Part shown: positions 26,057 through 36,816 of the stretch, piece after piece | Layout of the letters: each line of letters opens with the position of its first letter | How positions within the stretch are numbered: the first letter of the stretch is position 1 | Source: Anolis carolinensis | Taxonomy: Eukaryota | Direction: 5' to 3' | NCBI RefSeq assembly: GCF_035594765.1 | Contig: NC_085841.1 | Coordinates: 55,907,636-55,971,635, forward strand | Length of the DNA: 64,000 bases | Position numbers and translations under genes: made by a program | Notes under the pieces: generated by a model | What the model was told of the DNA's origin: nothing | Seen by the model: only the letters and a program-made list of their open reading frames with translations | The model's database searches: none

Positions 26057-26192
26057 CAGGTTGAGTATCCCTGATCCAAAATGCTTGGGACCAGAAGAGC
26101 ACTGGAATTCAGATTTTGGAATACCTGTATTTGCATGTATGTACATAACAAGAGATCTTGGAGATGGGACCTATGTCCAAAGAGAAATTCAT
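26057..26192. mobile_element. Tigger4/MER46-like MITE, left part
   Basis: TA|CAGGTTGAGTATCCCTGATCCAAAATGCTTGGGACCAGAAG; cut off at the Penelope element. Confidence 0.7.
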
Positions 26193-26195
26193 TCC

Positions 26196-27681
26196 TGTGT
26201 TGTTGAAGGATTTCATGGCCAGAGTCACTGAGTTGCTGTGAGTTTTCGGGGCTGTATGGCCATTTTTCAGAAGCATTCTCTCCTGACGTTTAGCCCACAT
26301 CTACGGCAGGCATCCTCAGAGGTTGTGAGGTCTGTTGGAAACTAGGTCAGTGGGGTTTATTTATCTGTGGAAGGTCCAGGGTGGAAAAATGAGCTCTTGT
26401 CTGTTGGCGGCGAGTGTGAATGTTGCAATGAATCATCTTGATTATCACTGAAAAGCCTTGCAGTTTCAAAGCCTGGCTGATTCCTGCCTGGGGGAATCCT
26501 ATGTTCGGAGGTGTTAGATGGCCCTGATTGATTCATGTCTGGAATTCCTCAGTTTTCAGAGTGCTGTTCCTTATTTACTGTTCTGATTTTAGAGTGTTTA
26601 AAATACTGGTAGCCAGATTTTTGTTCATTTTCATGCTTGTGGAGTTCAACAGCTTCTCTATGTAGTCTGACATAGTGGTTGTTAGAGTGGTCCAGCATTT
26701 CTGTGTTCTCAGATAATAAGCTGTGTCCAGGTTGGTTCATCAAATGCTCTGCTGTGGCTGACTTCTCTGGTTGAATTAGTCTGCAGTGCCTTTCATGTTA
26801 CTTGATTCATGTTTGGGCAATGCTGTGTTTGGTGGTCCCTATGTAGACTTGTCCACAACTGCATGGTATACGGTAGACTCCAACAGAGGTGAGAGGATCC
26901 CTTTTGTCCTTTGCTGAACGTAGCATTTGTTGAATTTCCTTAGTGGGTCTGTAGATAGTTTGTAGGTTGTGCTTCTTCATCAGCTTCCCTATGCGGTCAG
27001 TGGTTCCCTTGGTGTGTGGTAAGAACACTTTTCCTCTGAGTGGATCTTAGTCTTTACTCTCTTGGCTTGTTCTTGGCCTTGCAGCTCTTCTGATGTCTAA
27101 GGTGGAGTCTCCATTGGCCTGTGGAGCCCAGTTTAGGTGGTTCAGTTCTCCTTGGAGAAAGTGGAGTTCGCAGATTCCTCTTGCACTGTCTGCCAGGGCT
27201 TTAATTGTGCTTCTTTTTTGATTTGGGTGATAGTTTTTATATAGGTGTCTGTGTGTGTAGGTATTCTGTAGACTGTGTGGCCCAATTGTTAATTGGGTTT
27301 GCGGATGACTAGGCCATCTAGAAATGGCAATTTCCCTTCATTTTCTTTTTGCATGGTGAATTGGATGTTTGGGTGCATGCCGTTGATGTGGTCCAGGAAA
27401 TAAAGACCAATACTCTGAAACCAGGGGGAATTCCTGACATGAAACAATCAAGGTCAGCTAACGCCTCCCCAGGCAGGAAGCAGCCAGGCCTTGAATCTGT
27501 AAGGCCATTAAATGCTAATCAAGGCGATTAATTGCAACATTAGCACTTTCCTCCAGCAGACAAGAGTTCGCTTTTCCACCGATATGTAAACCCCCCTTGA
27601 CTAGTTTCCAACAGACCTCATCCCCTCTGAGGGTGCCTGCCACATATGTGGGTGAAACGTCAGGAGAGAATGCTTTTCTGG
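26196..27681 (-). mobile_element. Penelope-like element (RT C-terminus + GIY-YIG) with inverted pLTR at 27399-27681
   Basis: FLDHINGMHPNIQFTM and GVYRIPCSCGQVYIGTT motifs, frameshifted; inverted copy of its own 3' terminal repeat. Confidence 0.92.
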
Positions 27682-27779
27682 TTGAGTTAGAGAAATAATA
27701 TTTTCCCTGCTATCAGTGGTGCTGAAGCTTTGGGGCTTTGCCAGTTTGTCCAATGGTGAAGAATCCTGGGAGTGGACAT

Positions 27780-28500
27780 CCTAAAGGCCTGGAGGCGCCC
27801 AGGTGAGGGCAGGGCTGTGTTCCCCGCGAGGCCACCAGGGGGGCTCCTCCCTCCCTCCCCGCTCACCTTGCTGCCTCCTCCTGCTGCTGCTGCTGCTGCT
27901 GCGGGGACCAGGAGGGCGAGCGCCTGTCTCTTGAGCTCCGCCAGGCGGGCGCTGCAGTTCTCGCACCAGGAGGCGCCCCGCTCGGAGCCCGGAGAGGAGC
28001 CGCCGCCGCTGCCGGAGCCCGGCGAGCCCGTCCCGAAGCCCGGCGAGCCCCCCAAGGAGCCCGGCGAAGAAGTGCCGATGCCCGGGGAAGCCGGGCCCGG
28101 AGAGCCGGCGAAGGAGCCCGGCGAGGAAGTGCCCGAGCCCGGGGAGGGGCTGCCCGACGAGGATGAGCCCAGCACCGAGCCGGAGCCCGAGCCGGAGCCT
28201 TCGGGCGCGGGGCGGGCGCCTCCCCCTCCTCCTCCTCCCCCAGCAGAGGAGGCGCGGGACTCTTCGTAGGCCTTGCGGAACCAGGTCTCCGGGGAGAAGG
28301 GCGGCGCCGAGGAGGGCTTCGCCGGAGGGGAGCAAGGGTCCGCCACCTGGGAGGAAAGAGAGGAGAAGGCGGGGAAGAGCGGAGTCAGCGGCCCGGAGGC
28401 AGAGCGAAGTTGCCCGAGGGATCGAGCGGGGCGCTCGCTAGAGCAGGCGCCCCCTCTCGGCGGAACGGGGCAACGCGCCTTCCCTCGACCCATTCCCGAG
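27780..28500. promoter_or_regulatory. CpG island over KIF26B exon 2
   Basis: Very high GC and dense CpG, sharply bounded by AT-rich repeats. Confidence 0.8.
27867..28346 (-). CDS. KIF26B: KIF26B exon 2 (160 codons, Gly/Ser/Pro-rich)
   Basis: Pyrimidine tract plus CAG acceptor ending at 28347; AAG|GTGAGC donor at 27866; 480 nt, phase 0/0. Encodes [16 protein letters not shown]...[41 protein letters not shown]...[17 protein letters not shown], near-identical to recalled KIF26B. Confidence 0.95.
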
Positions 28501-28502
28501 CC

Positions 28503-28973
28503 ATGCATTATTATTATTAATACTATTATTGCCCTGCCATGTATTATATTATTAAATTGGCATTATTATTATTGCCAGGCCATGTATTCTATTATTATAA
28601 TAATTATTATTGCCAAGCCATGTAATATATATTTATTTTTATTTTTATTATTGGGATGCTGTGAGTTTCCGGCCATGAAAGTTTTTGACAACACATCATT
28701 ATTATTATTATTGCCAAGCCATATTATTTTTATTGCCAAGCCACCCGAGTTCCTTTGGGAAGAAAGAACGGGTTGTAAATAAAGCATTATTATTATTATT
28801 ATTATTATTAGTATTAGTATTAGTATTATTATGGCTGTTGTGGTTATTATTCTTATTATTTCCAAGCCATTTATTATTATTATTTTATTATGACACAGCA
28901 AACAAGATAGATATGCTGGATTTCATATCACAAAATCACAAGTCGAACACTATTATTATAATAATAATAATTA

Positions 28974-29016
<43 letters not shown>

Positions 29017-29424
29017 GCAGCATTCACTCTTGCCTCCAACAGACAAAAGTTCTTTCTCACATTCTGGACCTTCCACAGATATATAAACCCCACTTGCCTA
29101 GTTTCCAACAGACCTCACAACCTCTGAGGATGCCTGCCATAGATGTGGGTGAAACATCAGGAGAGAATGCTTCTAGAACATGGCCATACAGCCCCGAAAA
29201 CTCACCACAACCCATTAGTATTATTATCCCATCTTTCTCCCCTTAGCAAACTCTATGCAGCTAACAACCACACAGCTGTATGGTTATTATTATTTCTAAT
29301 CTTATTATTATTTCCAAGCCATTTATTATTATCCCACCTTTCTCCCCCTAGCAGACTCCATGCAGCAAACAAACACACAACTGTATTATTATTAGTATTA
29401 TTAGTATTACTCTATTTCCATGCC

Positions 29425-29455
<31 letters not shown>

Positions 29456-29530
29456 TCTATCCCGCCTTTCTTCCCTTAGCACACTCCATGCAGCTAACAA
29501 CCACACAATGTAATAAAAATAATAATACAA
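28503..29530. repeat. AT-rich compound repeat in intron 1
   Basis: (TAT)n runs punctuated by TGCCAAGCCAT units; three ~110-125 bp units (CCC...TTTCTCCCC...AGCA...CATGCAGC...AACCACACA) at about 29225, 29332, 29460; Penelope pLTR fragment at about 29017-29213. Confidence 0.8.
28885..28951 (-). mobile_element. R4/Dong-clade LINE 3' tip in a (TAA)n tract
   Basis: TATGACACAGCAAACAAGATAGATATGCTGGATTTCATATCACAAAATCACAAGTCGAACACT, the reverse complement of the 48594-48695 piece; both abut TAA repeats. Confidence 0.7.
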
Positions 29531-29589
29531 AAATTAAAAAAATATTCATTTGTGGCTATAAAGTTAAAATACATTTTAAAAGTCACACC

Positions 29590-30275
29590 ATGTTTCAATC
29601 CCCTAAGTGCTAAGCAGGACTGGCCCTGGCTTGCTCTTGGGTGGGAGACCAACAAGGAAAAAGATATATGGCCTCAAGCAGGCGGAATGCTGCACCTGCC
29701 CCTTTTCCAAGCCAAAAATTAAAAAGAGATCCAGTAGTCCAAAGATACTGTCTGATCCTGAAAGCTAAGTAGGGCTTGCCCTGGAGGGCATCTGGATGGA
29801 AGACCAATAATGAACATCAGGGTGTAGAACAATAGCCCCCAGCATGGGGACCCTTGCAACACCCCCTTTCCTTGTCTGATTTCTAAGTCATATTTAAATT
29901 CCCTAGAGAACACAAGCTAAGCAGGGCCACCCTGGCTAGCCCTTGGATGGGAGACAGATAATGATGGCTTCGAACAGGAGGACTACTGCACCGCCCCCTT
30001 TCCTTGCTTGACTCCAAGCCAAGTTTAAAGGCCCTAAAGAACCCATTTGATTCTGGAGGCTAAGCAGGGTGGGCCTTGGAAAGTATCTGGATTGACAGTG
30101 AATGACAGCATACATAACTATAGCCACCCAGCATGAGGAACATTGCAACACCCCCCTTGCCAGGTTTCCAAGCCAGGTTTAAATGCCTCAAAGATCCCTG
30201 TCTGATTGTCAAAGCTATTCAGGATCAGCCCTGGTTTGCTCTAGGATAGGAGCCCGCCAGTGGATCCCAAGAGGA
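29590..30275 (+). repeat. Tandem array of five ~150-bp 5S rRNA-derived units
   Basis: GCTAAGCAGG-like box A at 29609, 29764, 29916, 30059, 30214, each followed by CCCTGG...GGATGGGAGAC-like sequence. Confidence 0.8.
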
Positions 30276-30314
30276 AGGAGTTGGTGAAAGCAGCTTTGAG
30301 GATTCCTCCCCTAA

Positions 30315-31957
30315 GGCTGGTTCTACCCTGCCAAGTAATACATGATATGGTTAATGCAGAGCCATTTTAAGACTGGGTTGCTATGAGTTTTCCAGGCTGT
30401 CTGGCCATGTTCCAGAAGCATTCTCTCCTGATGTTTTGCCCACATCTATGGCAGGCATCCTCAGAGGTTGTGAGGTTTGTTGGAAATTAGGGAAGTGGAG
30501 TTTATATATCTGTGGAAGGTCCAGGGTGGGAGAAAGAACTCTTGTGTGTTTGAGGCAAGTGTGAATGAATGGTGCAATTGATCACCTTGATTAGCATTGA
30601 ATAGCTTTACAGCTTCAAAGCCTGGCTGCTTCCTGCCTGGAGGAATCCTTTGTTGGGAAGTGTTAGCTGACCCTGATTGTTTTATGTCTGGAATTCCTGT
30701 TTTCTGCGTGTTGTTCTTTATTTACTGTCCTGATTTTAGAGGGTTTTTTTAATACTGGTAGCCAGATTTTGTTCCTTTTCATAGTTTCCTCCTTTCTGTT
30801 GAAATTGCCTACATGCTTGTGGATTTCAACAGCTTCTCTGTGTAGTCTGACATGGTGGTTGTGAGAGTGGTCCAGCATTTCCATGTTCCCAAATAATATG
30901 CTGTGTCCAGGTTGGTACATCAAGTGCCCTGCTATGGCTGACTTCTCTGGTTGAATTAGTCTGCAGTGCCTTTCATGTTTCTTGCTTCGTGTTTGGGCAA
31001 TGCTGCTGCATTTGGTGGTCCCTATGTAGACTTGTCCACAGCTGTATGGTATATGGTAGACTCCTACAGAGGTGAGAGGATCCCTCTTGTCCTTTGCTGA
31101 ATGTAGCATTTGTTGGATTTTCTTAGTGGGTCTGTAGATCGTTTGTAGGCTGTGTTTCTTCATCAGCTTCCCTATGCAGTCAGTGGTTCCCTTGATGTAT
31201 GGTAAGAACAACAAAGGATTCCCCCAGGCAGGAAGCAGCCAGACTTTGAAGCTGAACGGCTATTCAATGCTAATCAAGGTGGCCAATTACATCATTCACA
31301 CTTGCCTCAAACACACAAGAGTTCTTTCTCCCACCCTGGACTTTCCACAGATATATAAACCCCACTTGCCTAGTTTCCAACAGACCTCACAACCCCTGAA
31401 GATGCCTTCCATACATGTGGGTGAAACATCAGGAAAGAATGCTTCTGGAGCATGGCCTGATTTCAGCCAAGAAAGCCTTCGACAACACATTATATCCCTA
31501 TTTAAACTTGTATTGTTGAAGGCTTTCATGGCTGGAATCACTGGGTTGTCGTGCATTTTCCGGGGTGTCTGGCCATGTTCCAGAAGCATTCTCTCCTGAC
31601 GTTTTGCCCACATCTATGGCAGGCGTCCTCAGAGGTTGTGAGGTTTGTTGGAAACTAGGCAAGTGGGGTTTATATATCTGTGGAAGGTCCAGGGTGGGGG
31701 AAACAACTCTTGTCTGTTGGAGGCAAGTGTGAATGAATGGTGCAATTGGCCACCTGGATTAGCGCTGAATAGCCTTTCAGCTTCAAGGTCTGGCTGCTTA
31801 CTGCCTGGGGGAATCCTTTGTTGGGAGGTATACCTCACAACCTCTGAGGATGCCTGCCATAGATGTGGGTGAAACGTCAGGAACATGGCCATACAGCCCG
31901 GGAAATGCAAAACCACCCGCTATTTGAACTGCATTATGTAGCCGGGTAGATCCAGCC
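30315..31957. mobile_element. PIF/Harbinger-like MITE enclosing the Penelope cluster
   Basis: TIR GGCTGGTTCTACCC / GGGTAGATCCAGCC; TAA TSD on both sides. Confidence 0.7.
30373..31916 (-). mobile_element. Penelope cluster: GIY-YIG fragment plus alternating-orientation pLTR pieces
   Basis: ORF 30663-31214 (GVYHIPYSCGQVYIGTT...REAVEI...NFNR); pLTR pieces 31206-31490(+), 31510-31829(-), 31832-31916(+). Confidence 0.92.
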
Positions 31958-32266
31958 TAAGAAAACCTTACGGGATCCATTATTCCTTACCGGAGAGGAG
32001 GCACATCGGGGCTTGGGGGCGTTTGGGAGCGCTTCCCCGCGAGGAACAAGCACGCGAGCCTCCACGCACACCCACCTCCCCAGTCAAACCCCAGAAAGGT
32101 TGGGAAAGAGCCCCGTCTTGCCTGCTGGGCAAAGAAAAGGCAGGCAAGCGGAGGCAAAGTTAAAGCACGAAGGAAGGGAGGGAGGGAAGGAAGGAGGAGA
32201 AGCCGGCATCCCCTTTGTATCCCATTCTGCAGCATCGGTTCCGCGCCCGACTTGAGCCCAACTTAC

Positions 32267-32329
32267 CCCGTATTTCCTGCTGCGGGAGGCCACTGCCATC
32301 CTCTCCTTGTTGCCAGCCACGGAATTCAT
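32267..32329 (-). CDS. KIF26B: KIF26B coding exon 1 (21 codons)
   Basis: ATG at 32329-32327 gives [21 protein letters not shown], matching the recalled vertebrate KIF26B N-terminus ([21 protein letters not shown]); followed by a phase-0 GTAAGT donor at 32266-32261. Confidence 0.95.
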
Positions 32330-32583
32330 GCCTGCCTCCTTTGCTTTCCCAATTTGTATCCTGGGCTGAAGACACCTCCACCGGCTGGGCTGCCACCGAA
32401 GGGGTGGGGAAGGGGCGCAAGGGGCGTTTCTTCCCAAATATTCAGAGACAGCTCTCGGTATTCTGATTTTAAAACCCGGCAACCAACAAGAAACCCGAGG
32501 GTCAGCCGAGAAGCCTCCCGATGCCGTCCCTCCTCATTGTCTCCCACTCTTCGGCTTCTGCAGAAATCCAAGGGTTTTTTCCC

Positions 32584-32585
<2 letters not shown>

Positions 32586-32637
<52 letters not shown>
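32586..32637. repeat. (CT)n/(GA)n microsatellite in the putative KIF26B 5' UTR
   Basis: About 25 perfect dinucleotide units. Confidence 0.95.
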
Positions 32638-32639
<2 letters not shown>

Positions 32640-33009
32640 ACAACTCCAAGGCAGAGAGAGGGAGGATTTGTGTGTGTTCTATTCCGAAGCCCCCAGTGTC
32701 TCTTTCTGCCCTGGCATCTCCCGCTGCTGCTTCTCGGCTTGGGGTGGCCACTTGTTTCCTTCCTTCCTTCCTCACTGAGTTGCAAAAAGAAAATCACCCA
32801 AAAAATCTCGGGATCCAGGCTCTGGGAGGAGCCTCCGAGTCGCTGGCAGCCAATATCTTTCTCCCCATTTCCACCCCCTGACAGTTTTGCAAAAGGGGAA
32901 GGGAGAGAGCTTGGTTTACTATACAGCAACTCCTTGGGTTGTGAGAGGAGAGGCAGAGATGGGGCTAAACTGCAGGTGCCTTGCTATGGACTGGCTGGGA
33001 AGGGTCCGT

Positions 33010-33231
33010 TTGATTGGCAGGAAGCCTTGATTGACGGGAGATTACATGTGTACGTGTGTGTGTGTGCATAATCAGTATATATGTGTGCATATGTATCTAT
33101 GTATATTACCTGTCTGAGAAGGAGGGAGGAAAAGGGACACACACACACACACACATATTAATTGACAGTAGTCCTTGATTGACATAGATACAGGGGAGAT
33201 TACATATATACTTGTGTGTAATCAGTATACA

Positions 33232-33293
<62 letters not shown>

Positions 33294-34528
33294 CTGTAGG
33301 AGGAGGGAGGAAAAGGGACGGACACACACATATTAACACACACATATTAATTGACAGTAGTTCTTGGTTGACATAGATAAAAGGGAGATTACATATATTT
33401 ATTTACCTTATTTATGCCCCCCCTTTCTCTACCCCAAGGGGGACTTAAGGTGGCTTGTGTGTGTGTGCATAATCAATATACATTTGTACACACACATAAA
33501 TTGACAGTAGTTCTTGATTGACATAGATTATGAACACATATATGCATGTGTGTGTATAAAATCAGTATGTATATATATGCATATCTGCATATATATTTGT
33601 GTGTATATACTGTATATAAAATCTGTGAGAGACAGAAGGGTGGGAAAAGGCTATACACACATTAATTATTTAAAGTATTTGATTGACAGGAAAATTATAT
33701 ACATGCATATGTGTATGTATGTATTTGTAATATGTAAGAAGATGGATGCAAAGGGATACACACACATATATATTAATTATTGGAAGTAGTTCTTGATTGA
33801 CATAGGAGATTACATATATATGTTTAAGTAGAAAATGTGTGTGTGTGTGTATAAGAGACAAAAGAAGGAAAAAGGCTATACACACATATTATTGGCAATA
33901 TCTGATTGACAGGGAGATTACATATATACATACATATGTGTATATGTATATATAATACGTAAGAAGAGAAATGAAAAGGGATACACACACATATATATTA
34001 ATTATTCAAAGTTGTCCAATCCAATGTTCTGGATTATCCAACGCATTTTTGTAGTCAATGTTTTCAATACATCATGATATTTTGGTGCTAAATTCGTAAA
34101 TACAGTACTTACTACATAGCATTACTGTGTATTGAACTACTTTTTCTGTCAAATTTGTTGTATAACATGATGTTTTGGTGCTTCATTTGTAAAATCATAA
34201 CCTAATTTAATGTTTAATAGGCTTTTCCTTAATCTCTCCTTATTATCCAACATATTCACTTATCCAACGTTCTGCCGGCCCATTTACGTTGGATAAGTGA
34301 GACTCTACTGTATATATAATCTCTAAGAGGAGAGGCAAAAAGGGATATACACATATATATTAATTATTGGAAGTAGTCCTTGATTGATAGGAGATATTGT
34401 AGTTAGACAGATAGATCTCAGTATATATGCTTATGTGTATATGTGTATATAAAAGAGGAGGAGGGAGAAAAAGCCATACACACACACATATATTATTAGC
34501 AGTAGTCCTGGATTGACAGGGGATATGG

Positions 34529-34572
<44 letters not shown>

Positions 34573-34609
34573 TAGATAGATCTTAGTGTATATGTATGTT
34601 TGCATATGC

Positions 34610-34651
<42 letters not shown>

Positions 34652-34830
34652 TTTATTTTTATACCCCGCCTCCATCTCCCCGAAGGAACTCAGGGCGGTT
34701 TACGGGTGAAAAGGAATACACACATATGTATTCATTATTGGCAGTAGTAGTGCTTGAATATACACATGCACACACACACACACACACATATACGCACACG
34801 CACACATATGTAATATTTTCTGTCAATCAA
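33010..34830. repeat. Degenerate minisatellite (about 120-190 bp units) with embedded TA/CA/GACA/AAT microsatellites
   Basis: Recurrent core (A)TTGACAGTAGTYCTTGATTGACA...GGAGATTACATATA about ten times; truncated mariner MITE inside at about 34018-34310. Confidence 0.85.
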
Positions 34831-36601
34831 GAATTATCATTTGGCTCACCTGTGACCATCCTTGGCATTCTCCCTCTCGCATGATGACGTCTGACATTAA
34901 AGTGTTATATTATCTTCATGTGTAGACAAAGCCCTCAGAACGCCAAGTGGTTAGCAATAAAATTTTGAACTGTGGTTTTGTTTCTGGTGTACCCTACAGC
35001 TCCTGAGAGGCATTTTCTCACACTTGCAAACTGTAAAAGTCAAGAATTGTGTTTCTCTATGAGGTTTTCCCCCAAATAGCAAGTACGTCCTAAGATAAAC
35101 CAAAAAAATAGGGAACCCATCCCTTACCACAAAAAAAAAATCTAATACATAGAGAAATGTTTATCCATGCCACCTCGAGCCAAGATTTTGAATCTGAGTT
35201 GTGCTTCATAATCTTCATCCTATGGCAGAGATTTCCTCTTTACCACCCCAAAATTCCTTCATCTCTGTGACAGATTTGGGGGGGGGGGGGGAGTTATATG
35301 AGCCAGCAGCAGGAAAAGTCCTGTTTTGTTTGGCTAAATTGAGACATCACCATTTGTACACACAAGCAGAAAGTACCTTGAAAATCCAATATACTCTACA
35401 ACATTATGCATTTGTTGTCAATCAGATCTAGTAAAATTTGGAGGCATATGACATGTAGTATGCTATGGTAGGGAAGAATGTAGGGCTACTAATATAGCTG
35501 ATCTCTCACACTACACAATCACCATACCTTGAGACTAATTTAATTATTCTGGCTACATGGTTTTCAAGTTTTGTAGGCACTTAAACGTTCTGGAAAAGAA
35601 TTCTGCATAAAACTACAAGTCCAAAGATTCCCCAGGATGTAATACTGTAATACAGGAAGGTGCTATACTTGTGAAGTTTGAAAGAAACCAGTGACCAGAC
35701 TTTGAAAAAGTCATTTTAGAGGGCTACAGCTCCCAGAATCTCTCAGTCAGCATAGCCACTGACCATACCAGCTGTGGATTCTGGGAGTTGTAGCCGCAAT
35801 GACCCACAAGGCTCAGTACCCCCCCCCCCCCTTCTTGTAGATACGGCATAAAAATCTGTATCTTATTGTAGTCAAGAGTGAACACAATAAAGAAATGCAA
35901 AGATTGTAGGTAAACATTCTTCAGCAATACAGACGCTGGAATGTTCAAGAAACCGAGTCCCACACCGTACCAAATCTGTAAGGAACAGTAATCGCCCTGG
36001 GTAAGTGGGTACCTTGGCGTCTAGCCCAACCTCTCATGTCGGCGTTATGTAATGTGCAGTGCATTTATTTTTCCTACATAATCAAAGACTCAGGGCCCAT
36101 CTATGCATTACAGTTACCACATGGAAGCTATTTCAAATTGTTCCATCTGGCACTGGTTATCATATTAATACATAGCATGTATGCCACTTTGCGTTCAAAG
36201 CACTTTACATTCATTATTTCAGTAATGGTTAAATCTAGTATAATAAATAAGTTGGTGTTCTTGTTTTCCCTGTATTGTCAACGTGACAAGGCTTGCCCAA
36301 GACATTTTGCTGCCTGAGGCAAAGCAGCAAGGCCCCCTTCCCACATGTCCAAATCCAGGTGCATTGTACCCAAAGCCAGCTGAGTTATTGGTAGGCATGA
36401 GAGAGAAAGTCCCATAAAAGCTCTTGTCTCCCTCACTGGCAGTCAAAAGCACAACAGTAGCAAAGCAAATAAGTAACATTCTTGTCATTTCATGATATGC
36501 TACCTGAGGTGGACACCCTACTTGGTCTTACAGCTGTTGGCCCTACAATTCTGGTTAATGGAAAGTGGCTCATGATCATGTCACACCATTGGCATGCTTT
36601 C

Positions 36602-36816
36602 AAGTACATCTACACTGCAATATTAATGCAGTTTGACACCACTTTAACTGCCTTGGCTCAATGCTATGGAATCCTGGGAGTTGTAATCTGGTGAAGCACC
36701 AGCACACTTTCACTAATGACCTTGTAAAACTACAGCTCCCATAATTCTACAGCATTAAGCCATGATAGTTAAAGCAGTGTCCAACTGCGTTTATTCTACA
36801 GTGTGTAGATGCACCC
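36602..36816. mobile_element. Palindromic Harbinger-like MITE
   Basis: GTACATCTACACTG...GTGTAGATGCACC with long internal inverted repeats; related copies at about 22049-22225 and 49668-49945. Confidence 0.7.

Larger units (their letters stand above)
31985..33040 (-). promoter_or_regulatory. CpG-rich KIF26B promoter / 5' UTR / exon 1 region
   Basis: GC- and CpG-rich non-repeat sequence around the start codon; CCAAT on the minus strand (TGATTGG at 33011-33017); (GA)n in the putative 5' UTR. The TSS cannot be placed. Confidence 0.7.

Noticed and set aside
27772-28782. Plus-strand and alternative-frame ORFs over exon 2
   Set aside because: Shadows of GC-rich KIF26B coding sequence running into microsatellite.
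29590-30275. Functional 5S rRNA gene cluster or CRISPR-like array
   Set aside because: Units are partial and highly diverged, spacers are related to each other, and the context is eukaryotic with no cas genes.
32013-33885. Many overlapping ORFs (poly-ER, poly-SL, poly-YI)
   Set aside because: Produced by CpG-rich sequence and dinucleotide repeats; only the 21-codon exon is supported.
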